Shown piece after piece: positions 52,003 through 60,351 of a DNA stretch of 64,000 bases. A program made the position numbers and the translations under genes. The notes below the pieces were generated by a model. The model was not told where the DNA came from and ran no database searches. It was given only the letters and a program-made list of their open reading frames with translations. Every line of letters begins with the position of its first letter. Position 1 is the first letter of the stretch. This DNA comes from a virus: positions 64,522 through 128,521 of IMG/VR virus record IMGVR_UViG_3300038829_000269, one strand, 5' to 3'.

Positions 52003-52348
52003 GCCTCTTCCCCAGGTGCATGATCTGGCGCTTCTGGTCTTCGATCACGTCGAAAAGGAACTGACCCTCGGCGTTGCTCAGCCCGATCGTGGCCTTCAAC
52101 TCGGGCAGCAGCTTCAAGCGGCGCAGGTCTTGGAGGTGCGCGTGCGCCGCGCTCAGTGAGCGGAGGCCGAACTCGGCCTGGACCTCGCGCACGGTCGGAA
52201 CGCGGTTGTCCTCCAGCATCCGGGTCCGGCAGAACATGAGGACCGCCGCCTTCTTCCGGCCCAGGCCCTCGATCTCCGGCATCTCGACGCCGATTCTAAC
52301 GCGCGCGCGCAGCGAGTCGAGCAGCGCCTGCTTCTCTGGTGTGATCAT
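51995..52348 (-). CDS. LexA-type DNA-binding (wHTH) domain protein without peptidase domain
   Basis: PTVREVQAEFGLRSLSAAHAHLQDLRRLKLL matches the LexA N-terminal pattern. Confidence 0.65.
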   Translation of the reverse strand: MITPEKQALLDSLRARVRIGVEMPEIEGLGRKKAAVLMFCRTRMLEDNRVPTVREVQAEFGLRSLSAAHAHLQDLRRLKLLPELKATIGLSNAEGQFLFDVIEDQKRQIMHLGKRRG

Positions 52349-52602
52349 TCGGTCCCCGCCATCACCTTGCCGATGATCTCGACGCCTTTCTCGATTCGCT
52401 CCTCTCGCTCGCGGGAGCGAAGCTCTTCGGACATGGCGGCGACCGGGCCGCCGAGGATGTTGGCCACCGTGCCCATGATCTCGCGCAGGCGATCGACTTC
52501 CTTGACCATGCACTTGTTGCACATGAACAGCGCGTGCTCCTCGCACGTCCGGCTGCTCGGCCTCAGGAAGGACTTCGGAATCGGGTAATCGGCGATAGCC
52601 AT
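52345..52602 (-). CDS. Hypothetical protein
   Basis: 85 aa; CEEH..CNKC. Confidence 0.55.
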   Translation of the reverse strand: MAIADYPIPKSFLRPSSRTCEEHALFMCNKCMVKEVDRLREIMGTVANILGGPVAAMSEELRSREREERIEKGVEIIGKVMAGTE

Positions 52603-52605
52603 GTT

Positions 52606-52640
52606 ATGTAGGAGTATTATACATCTAGTAACGCTATTAT
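52606..52640 (-). promoter_or_regulatory. Possible promoter (-10 TATAAT)
   Basis: Perfect TATAAT at 52621-52616 in an AT-rich gap; no good -35. Confidence 0.35.
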
Positions 52641-52966
52641 GCCAGTCCTCGCCTCTTTTCGATCTTGTTCAACATGCGGTCGAGGAGCGTATAGCTCACG
52701 GCCAGAGACTCACTCGCTACCGCAATCTTGTCGCGCCCGACCTTGACGCAGATCGGCGGCTGCTTGGTGCTCATCACGCCGATGACGAGCGGGCGTCCGA
52801 ACAGGAGCTTGATCTTCTCGATCCAGTCCGGCTCCCAGCATGAGTAGATCGCGCCGTCCTCTCCCCGCACGCCCTCCAGGTCCTGGATCGTGCCGACAAC
52901 CGTGTCCTCGCGCCCGAGGAACTTGACCGCGCCCTTGGCCTTGACAGGAGCGGGCTTCAAGCGCAC
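52637..52966 (-). CDS. Hypothetical protein
   Basis: 109 aa; YSCWEPDWIEKIKLLFG. Confidence 0.55.
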   Translation of the reverse strand: MRLKPAPVKAKGAVKFLGREDTVVGTIQDLEGVRGEDGAIYSCWEPDWIEKIKLLFGRPLVIGVMSTKQPPICVKVGRDKIAVASESLAVSYTLLDRMLNKIEKRRGLA

Positions 52967-53418
52967 CTCCGGTCCACGGACATCGGCTGCCCGCGAGGCA
53001 CGAGCGCGATGTCCAGCCCCACCTCTCCGCTCTGCGCCAGGCTCGGCTCCTCGCGCATCATGTCCATCAGGTCGTCGAACGAGATGTGCAGGATCGTGGG
53101 CGGGACCTTGCGCTTCATCATGTAGTCGATCACCATCTGGCGCACGCGCCGCGCCTTGGTCTCGGGCTCGGCGCGCGTGCCTTTCGGACCAGGCCGAAAG
53201 TCCTGGGTGATGACCGTGCCCACGCGCCGCTCCGTATAGGTGCCGCCGCAGTCGGTCTTAAACTGTCCGATGTTGTCCAGCGGCTCGACGAGGCGCACCA
53301 CGCGGTGGCTGCCCCCGATGTAGACCTCGGTCCCGAACCCGTAGTCGCCGTCCCCAGGCCACTTGATCCCGAGCTTGCGGATCGCGCGCTTTAACTGCTC
53401 GTCTCTGAGCTTATCCAC
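52957..53418 (-). CDS. Hypothetical protein
   Basis: 153 aa, coupled. Confidence 0.55.
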   Translation of the reverse strand: MDKLRDEQLKRAIRKLGIKWPGDGDYGFGTEVYIGGSHRVVRLVEPLDNIGQFKTDCGGTYTERRVGTVITQDFRPGPKGTRAEPETKARRVRQMVIDYMMKRKVPPTILHISFDDLMDMMREEPSLAQSGEVGLDIALVPRGQPMSVDRRCA

Positions 53419-54043
53419 GGGCTCCCTCCGCCGAGACGCAGACCGCGCACATCGGCTTCTTCCCGTCCCCGATGTGATCGAGGCTCGTGACCACCGGTCT
53501 GCCGCAGGCGCAGGTCATCTCCACGTTCTGGTTTGGAGGCACGATGGTCCTCAGCGGCTCATGCTGCTGCGCCTGGCCCTTGGGCGGCGAGCAGGGGAAC
53601 GCCGTGCTCATCAGCGTGTGGGCCACGATCCCGGACAGGCGCAGGCCGTCGACCGTGTAGGTGGCCTCGACCCAGAACGCTCCGCCGTGGCTGATCCCCG
53701 TGCACTGCCCGCAGCGGCATCCCTGGATCAGGTCGAAGACCGCGCACTCGACATGGTTCCGCATGTCGGCGAGCGTCAGTTCCCGGAGCCAGTCGGCGCC
53801 CGCGAACTCGATGCTCACCTCCTTGGCGAAGCCATGGACGAAGTCGTTGACCTTCGGCGCGTTCTCCGCGAGCACGCGCCGCGTCTCGGCGATGAGCCCC
53901 GTCAGATGCTCGACCTTGTGCACGTTCTGCTGATGACCGCGCGAGCGCCACCAGAACCAGGCGTAGCAGATGCCGAACCCGATGGCCAAGAACATGATGA
54001 TGAACAGCGTGAGCCCGATCGGGCCGCCTTGGATGTAGACCAT
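53411..54043 (-). CDS. Membrane-anchored Cys-rich protein
   Basis: N-terminal hydrophobic LTLFIIMFLAIGFGICYAWFWW; CRCGQC, CACG..CAVC. Confidence 0.6.
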   Translation of the reverse strand: MVYIQGGPIGLTLFIIMFLAIGFGICYAWFWWRSRGHQQNVHKVEHLTGLIAETRRVLAENAPKVNDFVHGFAKEVSIEFAGADWLRELTLADMRNHVECAVFDLIQGCRCGQCTGISHGGAFWVEATYTVDGLRLSGIVAHTLMSTAFPCSPPKGQAQQHEPLRTIVPPNQNVEMTCACGRPVVTSLDHIGDGKKPMCAVCVSAEGARG

Positions 54044-54047
54044 AGGA

Positions 54048-54431
54048 CTAGACCGGGGCCGTCTCCGGCGCGGGCTGCGGCGCCGTCGGGTTCACGCCCT
54101 TGACCAGGGTGTAGCCCCTGGTCCCCGTCTTGATCAGGCGCTCCAGACTGATCGAGACCTTGATCGGCGGCTTGCCGTCCTTGGCCTTGGTCCCCTCGAT
54201 GTCGACCGAGCGCGTGCCGCTCGCCTTGCCCGCCTTGATCTCCTTCACCGCGAAGAACTGGTTGGCCACGCGCCAGTCTCCGTCCTTGAACACCTGCCCG
54301 ACCACCACCTCTTCCTTGTTCATGAGCCACTTGCCTCTCGGGTGCATCTGTATTTGCGCCAAAGCCGGGACGTTCTGCGTCCGCAGGTTCCTTATCAGAC
54401 GACGGAAGCTCTGACTCTTGGTCATCGTCAT
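54048..54431 (-). CDS. Basic hypothetical protein
   Basis: Start MTMTKSQ with GGAG RBS. Confidence 0.55.
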   Translation of the reverse strand: MTMTKSQSFRRLIRNLRTQNVPALAQIQMHPRGKWLMNKEEVVVGQVFKDGDWRVANQFFAVKEIKAGKASGTRSVDIEGTKAKDGKPPIKVSISLERLIKTGTRGYTLVKGVNPTAPQPAPETAPV

Positions 54432-54730
54432 TTCCGTGTCTCCCCGAACGTGTTGTTGATCAGCTTCAACGCCTGATCGCGCGCCTCGGGCTGCCGGGCC
54501 GTGGCCCAGGTCCTGAGCATTGCGTGCTTCGAGCGACCTGCCCACTCGCGCACCGCGTTGTTGCGAAGGTAGACGAGCGCCGGGTTGTTCCACTGGAGCA
54601 CGTCAGCCAGCAGCCCTGGCACCACGCGCATCCTCCGTCCCATGGGCGCGCGCGAGACCTTGAGGCTGATCCCCACGTCGCCCGCGTCCTCGGACTTGCC
54701 GACGAGTTCCAGGATGTCGACGATGCTCAC
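54428..54730 (-). CDS. Hypothetical protein, 100 aa
   Basis: GTG start overlapping upstream TGA. Confidence 0.5.
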   Translation of the reverse strand: MSIVDILELVGKSEDAGDVGISLKVSRAPMGRRMRVVPGLLADVLQWNNPALVYLRNNAVREWAGRSKHAMLRTWATARQPEARDQALKLINNTFGETRK

Positions 54731-55236
54731 TCGGCCCTCCAGTAGACGCGGACCGGGACGTTCCAGCGCCGGTAGCCGAGGTCTTCCCACTTCCAGGTGC
54801 TGACCACGCCGTTCGTGAACGGCTCGCGGTTCACAAGGCGGAAGAACTGACCGTCCTGGTGCCCGATGATCAGCACCGAGTGCAGGCCGATCTTGTCGTC
54901 CCAGATCGGGATCGAGATCACGCCGCCCTTGTCCAGGAGCTTGGTCGCCAACTCCTTGCTCATCTCCAGCGCCCGATACTTGTCGACGCGGATTCGCGGC
55001 CACTGCGGGTGGACGGTGAACCGCTCTTCGATCTCGTCCAGCCGCTCCTCGATCGCGGAGCCGTGCTCGGCGCCCGCCTGGCGCACCAGGAGAGCGAAGT
55101 CCTCGCTGTCCTGGTCCCAAGGCTGGTCGATGGCCCCGAAGTGGAGCAGGGCGTTGCCCAAGCTGATCAGGGCGCAGACGTGCGGTCTCTTCTGCCCCAT
55201 GTAGTTGATGGTCTCGGTATTCATGCGGTAATCCAT
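54727..55236 (-). CDS. Papain-fold (C39-like) peptidase candidate
   Basis: GQKRPHVCALISLGNAL...HSVLIIG...RLVN (Q, C, H, N order). Confidence 0.5.
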   Translation of the reverse strand: MDYRMNTETINYMGQKRPHVCALISLGNALLHFGAIDQPWDQDSEDFALLVRQAGAEHGSAIEERLDEIEERFTVHPQWPRIRVDKYRALEMSKELATKLLDKGGVISIPIWDDKIGLHSVLIIGHQDGQFFRLVNREPFTNGVVSTWKWEDLGYRRWNVPVRVYWRAE

Positions 55237-55748
55237 GGCTGCGGCTTGAGCTTGTATTTGAGGTAGAGCGGATGCCCCGGCTGCCCGGTCTTCGTCACGG
55301 TGATCGCGTGGAGCAGCGCCAGCGACCCGTTCTTCCTGAAGATGTCCTTCACCTGCTCGTCGCGGCCCAGGTAGCCGCCGTGCGATCCCCAGCCCGCGAC
55401 GATCATCCCGCCGCCGCAGTCCCACGCCGCGCGCAGGATCGCCAGATCGTTGTGCTCGCCCACCACGTCGATCCCCGCCTCGGCCGAGTCCTTCATGTCC
55501 TCGGGGTCCGTCGCCCGGAACGCGAAGATGTTGACCACGATCAGGCCGTCGTATCCGTATTCTCGCGCGCGGCGCTCCATGCGCTCGACCGTCGGATCGT
55601 TCAAGTTCTCGTCGGCCGTGCTCGGGTTGAGCCCGATGAACACTAGGTAGCGCTTCCCCGGACCCCAGACGCGCCACAGCCAATAGCGGTGGACGCGCCC
55701 GGGGCCGAAGATGGCTCCCTTCTCGCCGACGATCTTGAACTCGATCAA
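55221..55748 (-). CDS. DUF1643 family protein
   Basis: HRYWLWRVW..FIGLNPSTAD..DPTV..VNIFAFRATDP..IVAGWG..PGHPLY. Confidence 0.85.
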   Translation of the reverse strand: MIEFKIVGEKGAIFGPGRVHRYWLWRVWGPGKRYLVFIGLNPSTADENLNDPTVERMERRAREYGYDGLIVVNIFAFRATDPEDMKDSAEAGIDVVGEHNDLAILRAAWDCGGGMIVAGWGSHGGYLGRDEQVKDIFRKNGSLALLHAITVTKTGQPGHPLYLKYKLKPQPWITA

Positions 55749-56065
55749 GGCTTGATCACCATGCCGCCGAGGTTGAGCGCCACGCTGATCCCCACCTTGC
55801 TCTCGTCCGGGTAGAGGTTGACGGTCACGGTGAACACGTCGTCCGATCGGATGGCCCCGGTGCAGCCCTCGCCACCGGCGAAGAACTCGTCGATCGCCTC
55901 GAAGATCAGCGGCTGCAACTGGGTGTCGAACTTCTTGTCCAGGCCGAGGCAGGGGAGCGTGCCCGCCGCCTCGACCTTGATCTTCTGCGTCAGGTCCTGG
56001 ATCGCGCCCGCGTGCTTGATCAGGAACTCGGCCTTCGTCATGTCGGAGGTCATGGTCGCGGTCAT
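55745..56065 (-). CDS. Hypothetical protein
   Basis: 106 aa, coupled. Confidence 0.55.
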   Translation of the reverse strand: MTATMTSDMTKAEFLIKHAGAIQDLTQKIKVEAAGTLPCLGLDKKFDTQLQPLIFEAIDEFFAGGEGCTGAIRSDDVFTVTVNLYPDESKVGISVALNLGGMVIKP

Positions 56066-56295
56066 CGCGCGCCACCGGTGACGAGCGGCGCGGCCTCGGC
56101 GTCGGGCTGATCCGGCGTGATCTGCGTGCCCTGCGAGAGAGCCGCCGGGTAATGCGGGTGCCGGTGCTTCAAGATGTCGGCGTCCTTGCGCTGCTTGTCG
56201 CGAAGCGCCAGGCCCGCGCGCCGGGCGCTGGCCTGAGCCTGCTTGCGCTTCGCCTGCCGCTTGCGTCTCTTCTGCTGGAGTTTGTTCTGGTTCAT
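56062..56295 (-). CDS. Small basic hypothetical protein
   Basis: 77 aa; KRRKRQAKRK. Confidence 0.5.
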   Translation of the reverse strand: MNQNKLQQKRRKRQAKRKQAQASARRAGLALRDKQRKDADILKHRHPHYPAALSQGTQITPDQPDAEAAPLVTGGAR

Positions 56296-56298
56296 GTT

Positions 56299-56736
56299 CT
56301 AGGTGTGGCCGATGGGGCCGCCCTCCTTCTCGTTCAAGAGCGCCCCGACCGCGCGGTCCGCCGGGTGCTGCTCGACCTTCTCCTCTTCCTTCTTCGGCGC
56401 CTTCTTCTCGTCGGTCGTCCCAAGCAGAAGGTAGATGTCGATGTGCGGGTCCTTCGTCAGGTCGATGAAGTCGAGCGACCCGTGGACCTCGACGCGCAGG
56501 CCGCTGTCGTTCACCGCGACGAACAGCTTGCCGCTGTTTCCGTAGTGCTCCTCCAGCGCCTGCGTGATCATGCCCCACAGCTTGTCGCTCACCTGCTTCT
56601 GGCTGAGGAACCCGTCGAAGAACTTGGTCGCTCGGTCGGCCACGCCCCAGACCAGGACGTTGACCTGCTCGAAGTTGCGGGACACGAAGTCCTTGGCCTC
56701 GTCCTTCGCCTGCTCCTGCCTCATGCCCATGACCAC
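56299..56736 (-). CDS. Hypothetical protein
   Basis: 145 aa ORF. Confidence 0.55.
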   Translation of the reverse strand: MVMGMRQEQAKDEAKDFVSRNFEQVNVLVWGVADRATKFFDGFLSQKQVSDKLWGMITQALEEHYGNSGKLFVAVNDSGLRVEVHGSLDFIDLTKDPHIDIYLLLGTTDEKKAPKKEEEKVEQHPADRAVGALLNEKEGGPIGHT

Positions 56737-56737
56737 G

Positions 56738-56977
56738 CTACCGGCTCTCCGACGTGCTCTTCACGTCGATGAGCGTGGGGATCAGCGTGCCCTTCAGGAT
56801 CGGCAAGATGATGAACAAGCCGACGCAGTGCCAGAACGGAATGTGCAGGTAGACCTGCGGCAGCCAGTAGAAATAGATCGCGGCGAGCCTGTTCCAGATG
56901 AACCAGAACGGGATGCTGAGGCTGATGCTGACGGTCAGGCTGATCACCCAGCCGATGAACGGGAGCTTGTTGATCAT
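56738..56977 (-). CDS. Small membrane protein
   Basis: 79 aa, almost entirely hydrophobic/aromatic. Confidence 0.6.
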   Translation of the reverse strand: MINKLPFIGWVISLTVSISLSIPFWFIWNRLAAIYFYWLPQVYLHIPFWHCVGLFIILPILKGTLIPTLIDVKSTSESR

Positions 56978-57249
56978 CGGAGCTTGGCCTCCACGAGCTT
57001 GACCCAGTCGCCCAGCGTCTTCGCGTTCTCGGACTCCTCGTCGCCAATCTGCCGGTCGATCTCTTCCTCGACCCACATGCAGAACTCGACCTTGTCCAAT
57101 TCGTCCATCCCGATCTTGGTGTCGAGCACCGCGTCGATCGGAAGCTCGTCGACCTCCTCCTGCGTCAGACCGATGGTCTCGCGCAGGCCGCGCTTCACCA
57201 GGTCCAGCGTCTCTTCCTTCTTCGGCGTCTCCGTCTTGGCCTCAGCCAT
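56974..57249 (-). CDS. Acyl-carrier-protein homolog lacking the phosphopantetheine Ser
   Basis: IGMDELDKVEFCMWVEEEIDRQIGDEESENAKTLGDWVKLV aligns to ACP GxDSLDxVELxMxxEEEFxxxIxDEExE..TVGD; Ser position is GAA (Glu) at 57100-57102. Confidence 0.75.
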   Translation of the reverse strand: MAEAKTETPKKEETLDLVKRGLRETIGLTQEEVDELPIDAVLDTKIGMDELDKVEFCMWVEEEIDRQIGDEESENAKTLGDWVKLVEAKLR

Positions 57250-57850
57250 TCCATCCTCCGCGCTTCTTGTGCTCCCAGCCCGTGGCCGGGGAAATCATGT
57301 CGACGGACACCCACCGCTCTTCGCCCGCCTTGTCGCCGGACTGCCGCTCGATCTTGATCGACTGGCGATCGGCCGCGATCTCGGTGATCCACCAGGCGCT
57401 GTCCGAGTCAGGGCCCTGCGTGGTCTCCCACAGGTCGCCGATCCGCAGGCAGACCGGGTGGCTGTTGAACACCTCGATCGTCTCGTAAAGCTCCTTCTGC
57501 TTCCACTCGGGGACCGGCGCCAGGCCCATGACGACCCAGCCCTCGGTCACCACGTTCTCGACTTCGGCCCGGTTCGTCGACGGCTGCGCGCCGCCCGTGA
57601 AGATGTAGGTCACCTGCTTGAACATCTCCCGGCCGTAGTTGTCGCCGTCCGGGTGGTAGTCGATGAGCAGCAGGAAGTCGCCGATCCTGAAGTCACGGTC
57701 GTTGAACCGGACCTCGAACGTCTTGAACCCGGCGAGCACCGCGTCGTAGAAATGGGTGAGCGTCTTGAGCCTGTGCATCTTGTGGCTGCGCCCCGGCAGC
57801 GGCATGATCGCGAGCGGCGGGAGCATCGTCTGCGTGTGCATGTGGTGCAT
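57242..57850 (-). CDS. DUF3850/ASCH-like domain protein with extra C-terminal domain
   Basis: HRLKTLTHFYDAVLAGFKTFEVRFNDRDFRIGDFLLL. Confidence 0.75.
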   Translation of the reverse strand: MHHMHTQTMLPPLAIMPLPGRSHKMHRLKTLTHFYDAVLAGFKTFEVRFNDRDFRIGDFLLLIDYHPDGDNYGREMFKQVTYIFTGGAQPSTNRAEVENVVTEGWVVMGLAPVPEWKQKELYETIEVFNSHPVCLRIGDLWETTQGPDSDSAWWITEIAADRQSIKIERQSGDKAGEERWVSVDMISPATGWEHKKRGGWNG

Positions 57851-58347
57851 CAGTCTCTCCAGATTTCCATCAGATTCGGCTCGCGGTCGGGCAGGTGCTT
57901 CTCCGCGATCGGCGCCACCTCGTTGATCAACTCGCGCAGCGCGTCGAGGCCGCGCTCGTTCATCTGCCCAGTGGTCTCGTTCGTGCGCCTGAACGCCATG
58001 TCCCTAATCCCCTCTGCTTCGAGCATCGTGACCGGGCCGCTCTGGTTCAGGTGGATGCGCGCGATCGCGTAGTTGTCGACCTGGTCCGTGTGCTCGTTCA
58101 TCACCTGCATCCTGGGCGTGCGCCGCTCATCCTCGGTTGCCGCACGCTGGCTGGTGATCACGCCCAGCACGTTCACCCGGTTGAACTCCGAGGCCTGCTC
58201 CGACATCGTCCGAACGTCGAGCGTGTAGTAGACGCCGTTCCAGACCACGGAGGCGCGCGCCATGTGCGACACCCGGAAGGGTGCAGCCGTGTCGCTGCCG
58301 ACCGTGAAGCTGTTGTAGGCGCCGACGCGCTCTGACATTCTAGGCAC
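57850..58347 (-). CDS. Hypothetical protein with C-terminal EPNLMEIWRD tag
   Basis: 165 aa. Confidence 0.6.
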   Translation of the reverse strand: MPRMSERVGAYNSFTVGSDTAAPFRVSHMARASVVWNGVYYTLDVRTMSEQASEFNRVNVLGVITSQRAATEDERRTPRMQVMNEHTDQVDNYAIARIHLNQSGPVTMLEAEGIRDMAFRRTNETTGQMNERGLDALRELINEVAPIAEKHLPDREPNLMEIWRD

Positions 58348-59071
58348 CGGTCCACTCCGACACCCGGCCGCCGGGCTCGGGGTCGCGCAGTGGCATGATC
58401 ACGACGCGCCACGATCCATCCTCGCGCTCGATCCACACGGGGCTTGTCCGGCCTTCGGCCATGATCCTGATCCTGGTCCCCGGCTCATACGGGACGTGGG
58501 CCAGGAACCTGGCGAGCAACGAGCGGTCGAACACCACCTGGCGGTAGGAGCCGGGCTTGATCTCGAACTTCTCGCCCGGGGTGCACACCGGGCAGTAGAG
58601 GATGCCGACGCCGGAGCAGCGCTTGCACGCGCAGTCGTGGGCGTCGTTGCACGAGTGGCACTTAGCCTGGCGCGTTCCGATCCCGAAGCACGCCGGGCAG
58701 TTCTTGGCCCAGTCCCCGGCGCACGCGCATGGCAGCGTCCCGTCCCATCCCTGGCCTAGCCAGCGCTTGAACGAGGCGAGCGAATAGAGGCGTCCCTTGA
58801 TCTCGTGGATCAACAGACCCTCGATCATCGCGCGCTGGTTGTCGTCGGGCGACCGCCACTCCACCTGGTCGCGGACCATGAGCGAGGCCGCGCCGTTCGA
58901 GGCGAAAATCCACGGCTGCTCGTTGAGCACGGTGCTCATCGGGTAGATCGAGAGGCTGAACGCCACGTCACCGACCCCCACGTTCTTGACCTTCTGGTCT
59001 TCCCGCTTGATCGGGTCTGGCAGCCACTTCATCCATCGGTGCTTGTCGTAGTTGTTTGTCATGTGAGCCAC
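58340..59071 (-). CDS. Cys-rich protein with sliding-clamp-like C-terminus
   Basis: Multiple CxxC (CPACFG, CHSC, CKRCSG, CPVC); ends SPVWIE..WRVVIMPLR. Confidence 0.5.
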   Translation of the reverse strand: MAHMTNNYDKHRWMKWLPDPIKREDQKVKNVGVGDVAFSLSIYPMSTVLNEQPWIFASNGAASLMVRDQVEWRSPDDNQRAMIEGLLIHEIKGRLYSLASFKRWLGQGWDGTLPCACAGDWAKNCPACFGIGTRQAKCHSCNDAHDCACKRCSGVGILYCPVCTPGEKFEIKPGSYRQVVFDRSLLARFLAHVPYEPGTRIRIMAEGRTSPVWIEREDGSWRVVIMPLRDPEPGGRVSEWTGA

Positions 59072-59649
59072 GCGATCATGAGATCGCTCATCTCCCTCGG
59101 CCTCGGCATCCGCTTCGCTTCTTGCGCCTGATACTCTCCAGTCGTCACGTTCTGCACCGGCAACTCGCGACGCTCTCGTTCGCCCACCATGCGGCTCGCT
59201 TCCCGGACATAGGCGTAGGTGAACGACTGCCGCCTGGTCTGGTGCCGGGACCTGACCTGAATGTCGTAGCGCAGCGCGTCCGGCCTGCTCCCGATCTCCA
59301 CCTCGACCGGGTCGCTCCCATGCCCCTCGGACACCACGCGGATATTCCCCACGATGTCGTCACCGTGACGACCTCCGCGCGGGTCCAGGCTCCGATCGGT
59401 CGCTATCGGGATGCCGAAGAACATCGTGCTTTCGCGCGTCGCAGGCCCACCGGCCGCCGGGCTCAGTTGATAACGCTCGCGCCGGTCCCAGAGCGCACGC
59501 CAGATTTCCGTCATCGGCCTGCTCATGTGGATGGCCGTCACGCGCTGCCCCTCATGCTCGAAGCCCTGAAGGCACTCGATCAGCGAGGTTCGGATCATCT
59601 CTTCGATGGTCTCAAGCGCACGTTCCGGCCAGGCACGAAGCTGAAGCAT
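59059..59649 (-). CDS. Hypothetical protein
   Basis: 196 aa ORF. Confidence 0.55.
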   Translation of the reverse strand: MLQLRAWPERALETIEEMIRTSLIECLQGFEHEGQRVTAIHMSRPMTEIWRALWDRRERYQLSPAAGGPATRESTMFFGIPIATDRSLDPRGGRHGDDIVGNIRVVSEGHGSDPVEVEIGSRPDALRYDIQVRSRHQTRRQSFTYAYVREASRMVGERERRELPVQNVTTGEYQAQEAKRMPRPREMSDLMIAWLT

Positions 59650-59650
59650 C

Positions 59651-60274
59651 TCAGGCGGGCGCCGCCGCCTCCTGCTTGAACTTCTGGTAGATCGCCTTGA
59701 CCTTGTCCTGGTAGTCAGGCGACTTGGTCAGCGGCAGGTTCGGATCGAAGGTCCCGGGCAAGACCACCGGGCGGCCGATGACGTTGACGTGCCACGGAGT
59801 GAAGATCGGCGGCTGCCAGATGTATTTCGGCTGCTCGTCCTCGTCCAGGATCACGCGGCCCTTCTCGTCCTTCTCCGGCACGAACCAGCGCCGGTCCCAC
59901 TGGGAGCGCTGCACGTCGCTCATCTGGTCGAGAGGGATCGGCGGCTCGTCGGCCGGGTGCACGCGCTCGTGCCACGAGTTCCACCAGAGGCGGAAGTCCT
60001 CGCCCCGCACGCTGAACACCGCGATGTTCTTGACCACGGCCTCCATCATCACGAACGTGGTGTTCGGCTGCACGAGCTTCACGACCTCGGACGGGGCCAT
60101 GCCCGTGGACAAGGCCTTGAGCATGAGCCCGACCTGCTCCAGGACCATGAGTCCGTATTGGCGCCCCTCGCCCGGGTCCGCGCTGATCGTCTCTGCGACG
60201 TGCTTCTTCCACACCGCCTGCATCTCGGGCTTGACCCCGGGATGATCCGGCACCGTCTCTTCTTCGTTGGCCAT
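59651..60274 (-). CDS. Hypothetical protein, 207 aa
   Basis: Start MANEEETV with GAGAGGTGAG RBS. Confidence 0.6.
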   Translation of the reverse strand: MANEEETVPDHPGVKPEMQAVWKKHVAETISADPGEGRQYGLMVLEQVGLMLKALSTGMAPSEVVKLVQPNTTFVMMEAVVKNIAVFSVRGEDFRLWWNSWHERVHPADEPPIPLDQMSDVQRSQWDRRWFVPEKDEKGRVILDEDEQPKYIWQPPIFTPWHVNVIGRPVVLPGTFDPNLPLTKSPDYQDKVKAIYQKFKQEAAAPA

Positions 60275-60351
60275 CTCACCTCTCCTAGAACAGATTTTTT
60301 CGGCAGGCTGGCGACTGACAAACCAGCGCCTCGGACTCGATCGCAACATCA

